The position numbers and the translations under genes are program-made. A stretch of DNA of 64,000 nucleotides from Eledone cirrhosa (lineage: Eukaryota): assembly GCA_964016885.1 (NCBI GenBank), contig OZ024752.1, positions 44,640,001 to 44,704,000 on the forward strand, read 5' to 3'. Each line of letters starts with the position of its first letter. Positions within the stretch are counted from its first letter, which is position 1. The notes under the pieces were generated by a model. It had not been told where the DNA came from. It saw only the letters and a program-made list of their open reading frames with translations, and ran no database searches. Of this stretch, positions 12,601-25,719 are shown piece after piece.

Positions 12601-15600
12601 GATTAGAGAGAAACGAAGCCTGCATGCTCCGATGGATGTGTAACAGTAATATACGTGAACGACAAAGCATAAATGAATTGAGAGAGAGACTGAGCATAAG
12701 AGGAATCAAATGCTGCGTGCAGGAGAGGCGGTTACGCTGGTATGGACATGTGATGCGTATGAAGGATGACAGCTGCATAAAAAGGTGCAGAGCACTAGAA
12801 GTTGATGGAAACCGCGGAGTGGGGAGACCCAAGATGACTTGGGATGAGGTGATAAAAGCCGACCTTACCCAACTACACCTCTCAAAGTCAATGACACACG
12901 ACCGTGACTTCTGGCGTCACGCAGTAATACAGGGTACCCGACCTCCCATGGGTACATGCTGAAGCATATAAACAATATGCCCCCCCCCCCCACCGCAAGG
13001 TGGTCGTGGAGGTGCCACGGCAAAAAAGCACCCAGCCCACACTGTAAAGTGGACGTGTAGGCGCCACGAAAAAGCACCCAGCACTCACTGTAAATGAGGT
13101 TGGTGTTATAGGAAGGGCCTCCAGCTGTAGAAATCAAGCCAGATCAGTTCCTGTATGAGCAAGGCATGGTCAGCCGACCAGACACTGCCCACAACAGGAC
13201 AACCCGTCTAACCCATGCTAGCGTGGAAGAACGGACGTAAAACGGTGATGATGATGATGATGATGATGACACACATATATATATATATATAAATATAAAA
13301 AGACAGGATTCTGATATTGTTTGGTAAATGGCCTTGTTCAATATGCCAAATAATTGTTGGCAGAAACTGTATAAAGTGCAAACAAAGCAACATATTGGTG
13401 TATAAGATTGCGAGTAGGTTAATGGAGGATGTAAAGTTTGTGGCAGATGCAGGGGAGAAAGAGGTGTTATAAACGCACATTAAATAGATTCCTTTGTCTG
13501 GATAACTCATTAGAAGTTGTTGACTGCTTCTACTAGCTTGGTGGAAGGGGGCTCAGAAAACCTAGTTGGAATGGAAGAAGTTTAGGCAACTGGTATCTTT
13601 GTATGTATATGGATGTGTATATACTACATTCACTATCACCACCTGTATGTATGTATATGCATGTTTATATACTAGTTATCTGCTGGGTTATATGTTAGTT
13701 AACAGAGAAGAAACCTGAAGCAATGAATTTGTCTATTTTGTTAAGTCTTGCAATCTTTCAGTGGTAACCTAATGGTTTATTAACTCTTTAGCATTTAAAC
13801 CAGCCAGAATTCTCTCCTCTTTCTGTTCAAACCGGCCATAACTGACCACCCATACTGATGTTAAGGTATTGTTCTTAAAAAAATACTATCAAAATCTCAT
13901 AGATTCGATATTATGTGAGGTAAAGCCTTTACTGTGAAAATACAATAGTATATATAGAGTAATGTAAATGTTATGTGAGATATTATGTGAGGTAAAGCCT
14001 TTACTGTGAAAATACAATAGTATATATAGAGTAATGTAAATGTTATGTGAGATATTATGTGAGGTAAAGCCTTTACCTTGGAAATACAATAGTATATATA
14101 GAGTAATGTAAATACAAAGGGTTAATGCTTACAAGATGTTTTCATTAATTATAAGAGTGTTAATTAAAATCATTTTGCTCTCTTGGTTCTGGCGTTTTTA
14201 TTAAACACTGAAAATATTTTTACTTGCAGATGGTTGGAGTTGGAACTCAGAGCATTGACTTGGACAAATATCGTCATGCATTTTGTAGCTTACTTGGTAG
14301 AGATGAGGACAGTTGGGGCTTGTCTTACACAGGTGTCACACATCACAAGGCTCAGAAAGAATTATACACATCTAAATTTGGCCAGGGGGATATTATTGGG
14401 GTCCATCTTGATATGTGGCATGGTACAATGTCATTTTATAAAAACAGAAGACCTTTGGGTAGGTTTCAATTTCATTTCTTCTCTTTTATTGTCATAATCA
14501 TCACCTTATCAGCACAATTACCAATATATAATTGCTAGTTCAGTAGAGTAGAAACCAATGTAGGATTGATAGAAGAGAGGATGGTGTCTTAGCAGCCATA
14601 TATGTTTTTATATGCAGTCTAGAATGTTTGTATGTGTAACAGCTGCTCTGTACCAGATGTAAGATCATTACTCTTGTATACCGTACAACTGTCATCTCTG
14701 TGATGAGGTTCAACTTTTTAAAGTCAGTTTTCACTACTTCATCCCTTGTCTTTCTATGTCTCCCTCTTCCACAAGTCCCATCTACTAAGATTTCTCTCAT
14801 CTTCTTTATACAGGTGTCATCTTCCATATACAACCCAGTTGAGTAATTTATGGGTTTCAAGAGGAAAAACTGTTTGGATGACAGTTTCAGTTAGTGTCTA
14901 GCTAAGCTGTCATCAGAGATTGCGAGGTCTAACATATCTTAGCAGTTGTTTATAAGTAGGAGAATGTAACTTAGTGCAGGGATATTCTATTTTTCTATCA
15001 CAGCTTTTTTTGTATAGCTTCTATTGATAGAATTTATGCAGACCTGTCTATTTTGTACATAGTTGAGGCCTGTAATAGGTTGTATCATCTTCATAGGTGT
15101 ATGTGGTTATTGGTCAACAACCATCACTACCTTAATGAACAGGTGTGGAAGATGTAACCAAAACCTTTAACATGTCTGATTTGATATGATAGAGGTTTGA
15201 AAAATTTCTGTTGACACATTTATATGATAGAAAGTTCTGGAAGGTAGCTTCCACATTAAAATATGAGAGTCAGGTGATGTCGATATAGTGTGTCCAATGT
15301 AGTCAAAGCTATTACTGGTATTAGAAGTAACATTAAGAGACAAATGGTGTGTGACTAGAGAAACAATTCTCTGGCAGATTTGTCTCTATGGAAATTGTTT
15401 TTACAGATTTTTCTACATGAGTAACAGCTTTCATGTAGACCACTACCTCATTACTTATGTTCTTTGTCTTATATTTCATGAATTTCTTCTAGAATTATAA
15501 TTTATGTACATTGGTATTAGGAAAGGCATCCAGTTGTAGAAACAGTTTTGTATGAGCAAGACATGGTCATCTGATCTGGCTTGTCTCACAACAGGACAAC

Positions 15601-16489
15601 TTGTCTAACCGATGCTAGCGTGGAAAAATTAACATTAATCAGGGATGATGATGATGGCTGTTAGCTTATTCCTTAACTGTCTAATATAATAATCTACATT
15701 GCAGGTATATTTTTATCATGCACAGTTATTATTTCTTGTAACTATCGTAGGATATTTTAGAACTTTAGTTGTTGTTTTAGATATTTAAGCCAGAATATTT
15801 AGTTATTAAAAGAATGGATCGAAAGCCTTTTCTTCTTTAAACAAAAGAATAAATATATCATGACTCATACACTGTTCACTTTTGTACATTAGCCTATGTA
15901 CTATACCTGCACCTTTGATGAGTTGTAGTGCACCTGAGCATTGTAGACAATAATCTTCCTTAAATATTTTAATATTATATATGAATTATTGATACTTTGT
16001 AAATTGTTAATTGGAATATTTTGTTCTGCAGAGATTCTTGCTCGAATTTTTTAATGAATAAGAGAATTGTTTTAAGATGATTTTCAAGTGTTGTATTTAT
16101 TTTCTATATCTGTAGGTATAGCATACAAAGGACTTCAAGGGAAACACTTGTACCCTGTTGTATCATCGACAGCTGCACGGAGTGGTATGAAAGTGGTCAG
16201 GTGTCAGTCATTTCCAACATCTCTTCAGTTCATGTGTTGCCAAATCTTACGTTCACATATTCCCAGCCACATGAATGTTTTAGAAGTTGTAGATTTGCCT
16301 CCTGGTCTGCGAGCTTTCCTCCACGACAAAGTTGGTTGGTTACTGCAGTCGTGTCGTTTATCTGTGAAAGATGTTGTAACTGCTGGATCAAAACGACCAT
16401 GTCCATCTCCTTATGGATATTACGAAGATGATGATCGACGAAAAAGGCGCTGCTTATGGCCTGTCAGTACATTGCCAGAACCATCTTAA
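9666..16489 (+). CDS. SPSB3: SPRY domain-containing SOCS box protein 3
   Basis: Exons 9666-10167, 11549-11736, 14230-14458, 16116-16489 (1293 nt, 430 aa, phases consistent). Contains [95 protein letters not shown] and SOCS box SLQFMCC...LPPGL, all characteristic of SPSB3. Confidence 0.96.
12045..13270 (+). mobile_element. 5'-truncated RTE-clade LINE in SPSB3 intron 2 (C-terminal ORF, 3' UTR and (GAT)n tail)
   Basis: ORF 12102-12962 contains KTKVL, a Cys/His cluster CSVC...[36 protein letters not shown] and GRPKMTW, typical of the RTE RT C-terminus. Flanked by (TA)n. Confidence 0.92.
13295..13600 (+). mobile_element. Older degraded RTE fragment
   Basis: Decayed similarity to 12150-12480 (aaatggccttgttcaatatg, ggaatggaagaagtttagg). 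Confidence 0.65.
13784..14121. mobile_element. piggyBac-like MITE, same family
   Basis: TTAA-flanked, same TIRs, internal unit triplicated. Confidence 0.8.
14670..14835 (-). mobile_element. RTE C-terminal fragment
   Basis: Translates MEDDTCIKK...[21 protein letters not shown], homologous to the end of the 12102 ORF. Confidence 0.7.
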
Positions 16490-16556
16490 TATTTATTTAG
16501 TGAAGTGGGAAATGAAATATGAAAATAATATTTAGAATCTTACATTGCATTTCTAC

Positions 16557-16587
<31 letters not shown>

Positions 16588-18458
16588 ACCAAAAAACTAG
16601 TTATTGCTGTGAGAGCCAATGGACTACTTGGACCATCAATACCGCTGATTATCAAGTGGAACCGAACCTGTGATAAAAGTTATTTTGCATATGGATGTTT
16701 TAAAAGGAATAATCAATTCTCTCTCAGATTATTTGTGTGTACAAGTCAATGTTTAAATACACATTCAAGAATATATTTATATCTTCTTTACCTGTTTGTG
16801 AATGTCCAAGAAATTATGTGTGTGTATGTGTATGTGTATTTTAAATGTGCTATATATGTTTGTTTTGAAATCTACACTCATGTTATAGAGCAAATATTTG
16901 TACATTTATGTAGATAATAAACTCCTCATTCAAATGTCCATCGCCCATAATTATGCCAAGAGGACATTCCATGCATTTTTATTCTGTTTGAAAAACCCAT
17001 TTCACATATATAAAGGAAACATCCAAAATTTCCTTTGAAAATATTTGGCACTTATGCAAAATAGTTTTTCTGTACACTTTAAACAGAAATCAGAATAAAT
17101 ATTCCCAGTATATATAAATTTTCTTTTTTCATTAGTTACTTCACTTATTTAGTTGATAAGTGTTATTCATTTTCTTGTGAAAAAATGAATATTTTAAATC
17201 TTTTTTTCTTTTCATTTGTCCAATAATAGTAATTTTGATTCCTAATCTTTACATTTTGGGAATTGAAACCAAAATGTCAGTATCATCATAGTAAATAATT
17301 AGCAGAACATCTTCAGGTCTCTAGCTAATTAGTTTTTACTTGATTTATTAGTTGTTGTTTTTTTTTTCTATGCAGTTATATCTAAATTTTAAAGATTGCT
17401 GTGTTGATAAAAAATTAGAAAAATTTAAGGTTAAGACAATACTTCAAACAGTTTGGTAATATCACCTTTTATTATTTTTTTTTCATTTAGAAAGTTCTCG
17501 GTAAAATTTCATTTAAAAAAATATATTCCTAGCCTAAAGGTGATCTGGAAAATATTTGGAATTGGAACTAGTTTTGGTCTTAACTCCTTTTAACAAGATA
17601 AACATTCTTCAGTTCACCGTAACTCGTGTTTCATTCATTTTACTTCTGCCTTTATATTTGTTATGTCTGCATATTTGTGTAATGTCTGGCTTTCTTTTTA
17701 ACTAAAGTCTTTGAGGTATCTCCCATCCCTTGTGTGGGTGTGTGTGTATGCATATGTATGTATGAAAGTGAACTGTAACAAGATCTGTTCTGATGTACAG
17801 AATCTCAGCTGACATCACATTGACTATCTTTTGACATCAAATTACTTTGGAAAATCTTTTATACAACGGTTTGTATACTATCTTCTATTTCAACTGTAAG
17901 GCAACTTTAGAAAGATACATGTGATATTGCAACAATAAGCAGATAATAAAAGGGACAATTTATTATGAACTAAAATGTTTCCTAATATTTTTGGGTGGGA
18001 TTTATTGATGTATCCCTTGCTTTGTCTAATAACGGAATATGTCTTCTACTATAGCTTTGAGTTAACCAATGCTTTGTGGAAGTCCGTCACACACATACAC
18101 ACACACACACATATGTATATATATATACACACACACATACAGATGTTTCACCAGTCAAATTATTTTGACATTGATAGAGAAAAGTAGTTGGTTATCTCCC
18201 TTAACTATTCATATCGTGTAAAAAAACAAACACTGGTGAGAGTTTCAATAATTCTAGTTTTGTTTAATTCAGTAATACATCTGTGATATATAATTTGTTT
18301 GATATTTCTATACTTTGTGAATATTTAACAAGAATCTGTCATGTAATTTCTTAAATATATATCCTGTTGACATTGGCAAAATATATAAGTAACAGTTTTA
18401 CACACAGGCCATTTCTGTTCACTATATACCCTCTTCCTGAAATAAATATATATATATG

Positions 18459-18535
<77 letters not shown>

Positions 18536-19249
18536 GTTGGACTTATGATCATAATATCGATTCCTCCTGGACTGGGTTGTGTGTTGTGTTGAGCAAAACA
18601 CATCATTTCACATTGCTCCAGTATACTCTGCTGAAACTGAGTACCAGCAATACCTGGGGGTTTAACCCTGTGATGGACTGGCGTCATGTCAAAGGGGGGA
18701 GTGTTGTACTCTCAGTCGCTTCATGCCATGGAACCGGGATAAGCACCGGTCAAAAGAACCTTCTGGCTTAAGATAGACTTTTATATACACACACATGTGT
18801 GTGTGTATGTGCTACTGGTAACATGTAACCCAGTACAACCTGTGCATTGTCGGGTCGTCGGCGACCCCACAAAGCTTGCTTGGTAAGGAGGGTGATTTTG
18901 GACACCCTGCTGGATGAAAAATAAGACCTGTCAAAGGGCGAAGGAACTCAGAAGAGTCAACGGCCATCCAATTGATTTTTTTTTTTTTTTTTTTTGTGGA
19001 GCTAGAGACTCCTAGTGTTCATTAAGACATCTCTCTAGAAGGTCTCCCTGATATAAAATCTGAGACTTTGATTGCAGACATATACATATAGTATATTTAA
19101 AATTTCATATGCACAACCTTTGGTTTCGGGATCCAGTTATGGCCACCACTGTCTTCATTTAATTTTATTATTTTCTATTGTAAAAATTATATAATTAAAT
19201 AGAAACTTTATTTCATATTAATTATACTAAAAAGATTTTTTCACTGCGA

Positions 19250-19980
19250 AAATACGAAAACGTGACTAAGAATGTGTGGCTAACTTTGAAAGGTAGCACA
19301 TGTTGCAAAGAAGACCGGAAAATTGGCAGTTCACGTAATTATTTCTATATTATATAAACTATTTCAACGGCCATAAGTAATTTATTTAACCAATATTATT
19401 TACAACTGAAATATATAGTGAGAGAAATTAATTATAGAAATAAGGAAAGGTAAAAATGGGAAGACACATCCCCCAAATTACATGAGAAGACCCACCCACC
19501 CGAAATTACATAAGAAGACTTGTCGTAACTCCATATTGTATGAGAGTTCATCCATTAGGTGAAGAACCAACTCGTGTTGGTACCACCAAACTACACCTAA
19601 GCTGTAAAACAATTTAATGTGGTGTTTTCTTACATCTAATGTTAAGTTGTCAATACATTCATACTATTATATTAACTATTTCAACGTACATAAGTAATTT
19701 ATCGAACTGAAAATTAATTATAGAAATAAAGAAAAGTAAAAATTACAAACGAAACGTGAGAAGACCCCCCCCCCCCCCTAATTATACAACAGTAAATATT
19801 GGTGTTTCCTTCTAAATATTTTTAATAGCAAGGCAAGACATTGTCGCATGTAATAGTGAAGGTAAGGTGTTATATTTTAGTACATTTATTAGTATTGTGT
19901 AATATTTTAGTGAAACGAGCCACCAATAACGATAGAACTTCGTTGTCAGCCGCCCCGAACTTCTTCGTTAGTTCAGGTAA
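19250..19980 (+). promoter_or_regulatory. Possible promoter and non-coding first exon(s)
   Basis: CpG-containing unique DNA, ETS-like CCGGAA (19315-19320), donors AG|GTAAGG (19861) and CAG|GTAATT (19976); 19347-19500 is imperfectly duplicated at 19665-19780. Confidence 0.3.
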
Positions 19981-20944
19981 TTTATTTTTATTTGGTTTCT
20001 ATTAATTCCCTAGGGAGATGTTTGACCAAATGCTTTGTTTATTTGTTTTATATAAACACTATGTACAGGCGTGTGGCTGAGTGTTTAGAGAATTGGATTC
20101 GAATTGTGAGGTTGTGAGTTTGATTCCCAGACCGGGCAATACGTTATGTCCTTGAGCAAGACACTTTATTTCACGTTGCTCCTTCTACCGGGAGTTGCGA
20201 CCGATAGATTTTTATATAGTGTTATTTGTCTAGGGTCTTTGATAACATTTATTTAATATTTTCTATATTCATAGTGATTTTGTGGGGTGGTGCCGGGTGT
20301 AATATTTTTCTCATAGAAATTCCTCAGTCTCTGTCATGTCAGACTAACGAAGTTGACTTTTTGTTCATAGACGTTCCAGTCGTGACTATCTCGTGTTTAG
20401 TATTTCTGACATTTAATATCTAGAATTACATTTTGTAATACGTCACTTTCTAACAATATAGAGTAGAGTAATATTTGAGGGAGATATAGCTGCTATGTTT
20501 AGCAGCGAAAGGCTGTCACTTCACTGGTACCACATGTAGATGTTATTTAGTTCTGTAGCTACAGTTCGACTTTCATAACTGTATTTCTTTTATCACTCGT
20601 TAAGAAACAAATGTAAACAAAATAGGTTATTTTTACAATTACACCCATCTGGTGTTAGAGGTGAAATTAGTATTTTCTAAGGTTTTTGTCACTCGTCTGC
20701 TAAATCACATTATATTTGTCATAACTTCATATTTATTTCCCTTCTATCGCTTCCACTCACAGAGAAGGTTCGTCTGTTGGGATAACATGTCTAGCGTTGG
20801 TGCCACGAAAAATCACCTGCCATCCTTCAAGGTTGTTGGCGACAGTAATGGCACTTGTAGAAACCATGCTTAAAAAGGCATCGGAAACATGGTTGGCCTA
20901 ACGGTTCTCTCTCTGTTCTAGCATCATACCTCAAGATGGATGAA

Positions 20945-22290
20945 TCAGACAAAGAAAATAGAATGTCTTAAGGAAGCGTTCACGGAGGGGGGTGGGGCTT
21001 TATGGCACTTTTGCCAAGCTAGACAAAGTGAACTGATTTGCAGCAGAAATACGGCAGTTGGCTGAGCTGAGAGGGCTGTGGATGGCGTTTGTGAACGGGT
21101 TCCCTGATAAGATTTTGGTGAAGCTCCAACAGTTGCCAGGCAACAGAAAAGTGGCTGTGACCGAGCTTGGTGAAGCTCCAACAGTTGCCAGGCAACAGAA
21201 AAGTGACTGTGACCAAGCTAATCACACAGACCCTTGTAACATGAGATCCTGAACAGAATATTACAAACAGAAGACCATGGTAGTCTATAGCGATCGACGA
21301 TACAAGGATAGACCCTATGACTCGGCAGCAGACGTTCAGAGGCCAGTACTTCATGTGTGAGGGTCCACAGAGAGCTGAAGTCAGGTATAATTTGCTACCA
21401 ATGCAAGCAGGTCATTTAGGAAAGTTCTGGTTAACTGCCAGACTGGGAGAGAAGCTGCAGAGAGACAAGACGGACACACTGGTATTTCAGAGGGGAAATT
21501 GGTGGGCCACTATCCTATTGCAGGGTGGCTCCAAACAGCATTGATGCGAGAGAGGGTGACCAATAAGAGGAAGCTGATACATCCCCAAATTGGAGAACAG
21601 GACCGTATGGTGTGATGCCAGCAGCATAGTGCTAGCGAGTGTTGAGGATGCAGCCTGGCCCAGGAAGAGGACGGTAACCATATCAAGACTGAGATGTGCT
21701 CCATAGGGTCAGTGAGGAGAGGTGGCAGAAATGTTAATAAAGCAACACCTGGGAACTAAGCTGCTGAAGCTGACAGTCTTTGTACCATTGTAGAAAAATA
21801 GAGCGGACATCTTAACCTGGAGGAAGATAGCTTGGCTGGAATGGTCAGAGGATGCGGAATAGCTGAGTGACTGAGAGTTGAGTATGCTGCATACTATGGG
21901 ATCCTATTCCTAGCCAGGAACGTTGACTCCAATGTTAGCAGACACTGAGTTCAGGAGTTTTGACAGGTGTGAGTCTTTGATCCTGTCCCAGGTGTGCACG
22001 AGATAGGTAACACCCCAGTGGAGCACAAGTGGCAGTGGATGTGACATAGTAGCAACAGGAGACTATCTTTCGATGATTGAGGGCCAGATGAAATATGGAG
22101 GGAAATGGAGACTGTGGAAGAAATGACACAGATGAGATATTGTTGCAGCCTTGTGGATGAATAACGGCACAGCATGTTTGGAGGAGGTGAAATGTGAGCC
22201 ACTTGTTGAGAGTGGGGCACAGTCTGCGAGGAAATGGGATTGTGACACCATCTTACGATGTGACGTGGACATTTGGTCGAGATTCAGGTA
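20945..22290 (-). mobile_element. Highly degraded non-LTR retrotransposon remnant (CR1/L2/Jockey group, tentative)
   Basis: GC-richer block with broken frames. Minus-strand remnants resemble P.MEY.S..W and YRY.HG motifs of RT C-termini; 30-bp duplication at 21116-21210. Confidence 0.35.
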
Positions 22291-22323
22291 AAGATGCTTC
22301 CACAGTTTTAAATAATCATTCTA

Positions 22324-22356
<33 letters not shown>

Positions 22357-23319
22357 TATATATATATATGTGTGTATATTGGTAATTCCATCCCACTTGC
22401 GTTGTACAGCTTCCTAAACCCTCTTTTCACTTCTATATTTCACAATGCTTCAAGCAAGTTACTACACCTTATATATATATACACAGCTCACACACTGTAA
22501 ATGTGGTTGGTATGAGCAGGATAAGGTCGCTTGACCCAACTTGCCTCAAATGGGACAACCTGTCTGACCCATGCTAGCGTGGAAGGTGGACGTCAAATGG
22601 CAATGATATGTATATGTATGCTGTAGTAGATTGTTGGAAGCAATATGACCCCCCCCCCCCTCCCAGATCCCTCTTCTTTTATGACTAATAAATAACTGAT
22701 AACATTCAATTATTCTTGTCCTTTTATTTTGACCGTAAAATCAGTCCAGGAATTCTTTCCTGAGACATTCTAACCACATGCAAATAGTATCAGATCTCTG
22801 ATATCTTCATTCAGAGAAGTCAAGGCTCTAACTGGAATGACTCTCTGATCTTTGAGCACTCTGGTGATACAACAAAATCACCCAGCCCAACTGGTGACAT
22901 GACAAAAGTTCCCAGTCAACACTGTAAATGTGGTTGGTGTTAAGAAGGGCATCCAGCAATAGCTGGTTTCTAAATAATAGAAATATGTTTACTCTGAGTT
23001 ATTTATCTTCAATTAAGTTTACCAATGTTTATATAGATATACAGAGGACTTACACTTGGAACTCCTCACTAAGAAGGGGTGATATATTGTAGCACCTTAC
23101 ATTACCAAAATATACATAAACCAGTTCCCATGCTATTCTATATCTAAGTTTAGCATGCCACCATCTCGGTGTTGTTGAGAACCAGTTTACCTGTCCATCA
23201 CTAACATCTAATAAAAATATCAAGTGCCATGACAAAAGGCGCCCAGCCCTCCACAGAACAACTCGTCATAAGATCTGTAGAGAACTGTATGGTCTTTAGT
23301 CTAAATATTTGCACCCTAA

Positions 23320-24470
23320 GGTTAGTTAAACCATGGTCAAGACCTGCATCGCAGATGAAATAAGAAGTTTAAGGGTGTAAACATCTCGCAGGATCCTCTA
23401 TGCGCAGCTGAACCATAGTCAGTGCCTCAGAGGGCGAAAACTTGTGAGCTAAACCAAGTGAGAGGGTGATTGAAGCAGTTTAAGGATGCATACATCTCAT
23501 AGGATTCTCTACGGTTAGCTAAACAATAGTCAATTGTTTAGAGGACGGCCAGCTAAACCCTGGTCAATGCCAGATTAGAGGGCAAAAAAAGCAGTTTTAG
23601 AGCGTATCTCCTACGGTCACAAAAACCCTGGTCAATACCAGGCTAGAGGACTAAAGTAATGGATCTCCAGCTAAACTCTGCTCACTAGAGCAGTTTAAGG
23701 GAGTAAACTTCTCGCAGGATCCTCTATGCCCAGCTAAACCGTAGTCAGTGCCTGCTTAGATTGCGAAAGGAGCAGTACGATATTCTTTGGCCAGCTAAAA
23801 CTTGGTGAATGCCAGGTTAGAGGGCTACATAAACTCTGGTCACTGCCAGACTGTAAAGTAATGGATATCTCCACTTACAGCCAGCTAAACGCTGGTCCCC
23901 AGAAGGCGAAAGAAGCAGTTTTAGGGTGTAAATTTCTCGTAGGATTCTCTACTATCAGCCAAGCACTGGTCAATTCCAGGCGAGGGAGTGATTGAAGCAG
24001 TCTAATGACGTAAAGTCCTCTACGACCATAGTGCCACAGAGGGCGAAAACTTCTCGTTGGATTCTCTAGCTAAGCTTCTCGTAAGGTCCTCTATGGCCAG
24101 GTGAACAAAGTGAGAGGTTGATTGAAGCAGTTTAAGGATGTATACATCTCATAGAATCCTATACGGTTAGCTAAACCATAGTCAATAGTTGCTTAGAGGG
24201 CGTAAGCTTCTCGTAGAATTCTCCACGGCCAGCTAAACCTTGGTCAATGCCAGGTAAGAGGGTGAACGAAGCAGAGTATCTCCTACGGCTACAAAAACTT
24301 TGGTCAATGCCAGGCTAGAGGGCTAAAGTAATGGATCTCCAGCTAAACCCTGGTCCCTAGAAGCTTAGAGGACGAAAGAAGCATATATGTTCCATAGGCT
24401 GTCCTACGGCCAACTAAATGCTGGTCAGTAGCAGGTAAAAGGACGAAAGAAGCACGTCTTTAATGTCGCC
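23320..24470. repeat. Degenerate ~80-bp tandem repeat array with higher-order duplication
   Basis: About 20 full or partial units starting GCTAAAC; 23447-23680 recurs at about 24100-24360. Confidence 0.85.
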
Positions 24471-24722
24471 TATACAGAGGTAAGTGATTATTCATTGAAA
24501 AAAAAAAATATAGACGAAATGAATGGAGGTAATTTATTCGGAATATATATTTTCATAATTAAATTGTTTGCGTATTGGTCTGAAAACGATGTTTTTAATG
24601 AACGTAATGTCATAATCTAAAGAAAAAAAAAATTCCGTAACAGAATTACCTCCCTTTGTTTCGTTTATATTTTTTTTTAATCAAAAGACGTCAAAAGTAG
24701 CTATAAGTACTACTAATTTACT

Positions 24723-24895
24723 CAGTAGAATTGCGGCCTTCGAGGTGGCGTGCGAGCTGCGTATCGGATTACCAGTCCAAGTGACTGAGGTTCGTGTCGT
24801 GGTGGCGTGCGATTGCTAAGCGGGCCTGGGACTACTCTGGGCTGGCACATAGATGCTTGGCCCGTCCCAGACCACCTCGGATTGACATTTTACTG
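24723..24895 (+). ncRNA. Candidate structured small RNA or GC-rich element of unknown class
   Basis: Nested complementary segments (24739-24748 with 24872-24881; 24820-24826 with 24859-24865); G-U pairs favour the plus strand; ends ACA-TTTT. Confidence 0.4.
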
Positions 24896-25719
24896 AAAAA
24901 AATCTGAATTATCTCCCTTTGGATATTATCTCCCTTGTCTTTAAGATACTTTAGTTAATTCATATATACATTATTTCTTTACATTCTTACTTAGTTCTAG
25001 AATGAAAAATATATCTACATTCTTAATTATCTCCCTTGACTTCATTTCCGATAGTTTTATTATTATCTCCCTTATCGAGAATTAATTAGTTTTATCGAGA
25101 ATTAAATTCTTTACATTCTTATTTTTAAAATGAAAAATTTATCTACATTCTTAATTATCTCCCTTGACTTTTCTTGGTTTCTTTACATTCTTCATTTTCG
25201 ACACTTTATATTGTTAAAGAGACTAGATAATTATTTCTTTACATTCTTACTTTTAAAGAGAGTTCATCTACATTCTTAATTATCTCCCTTGACTTATTCA
25301 TACATTCTTGGTTTTAGATAATTCATATACTTTTTTTATATTCATTTTTGACACTAGTTTTATTTCATTTACATTCTTAGTTTTAGAGAGTTATCTCCCT
25401 TGATTTTAAGAATTCATACATTTAGTTTGTATTCTTAATTTTGGACACTTTATATAGTTTCCTTTTTTCGTCACTCTACATTCTTAATTTCGTTTAAATT
25501 CCTATTTTTTCTATTCGTCATACACATTCTTAATATTTAAAAAATTTACTTAAGGGAGACAACTCTTTTGCATTTTTTAAAAAGTTATCTCCCTTTTACA
25601 AGCCAACTTTTTTGTTCAAGGGAGATAACTCTGTAGTATTTTGAAAGTTACTAACGTTTTAGGCCTATTTTCTTATAGAATGATTTATGAAGTCAAAATA
25701 GTAACACAATTCGTATATA

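Noticed and set aside
16519-16917. 132-aa ORF after SPSB3
   Set aside because: Low-complexity AT-rich 3' UTR sequence with no domain features.
23320-24470. CRISPR-like or hammerhead-satellite interpretation of the degenerate array
   Set aside because: Inter-motif sequences are homologous to each other rather than unique spacers; GAGGACGAAA occurs but no CTGANGA core.
24735-24812. tRNA or snRNA gene
   Set aside because: No acceptor or T stem for a cloverleaf and no Sm site; kept only as an unidentified candidate.
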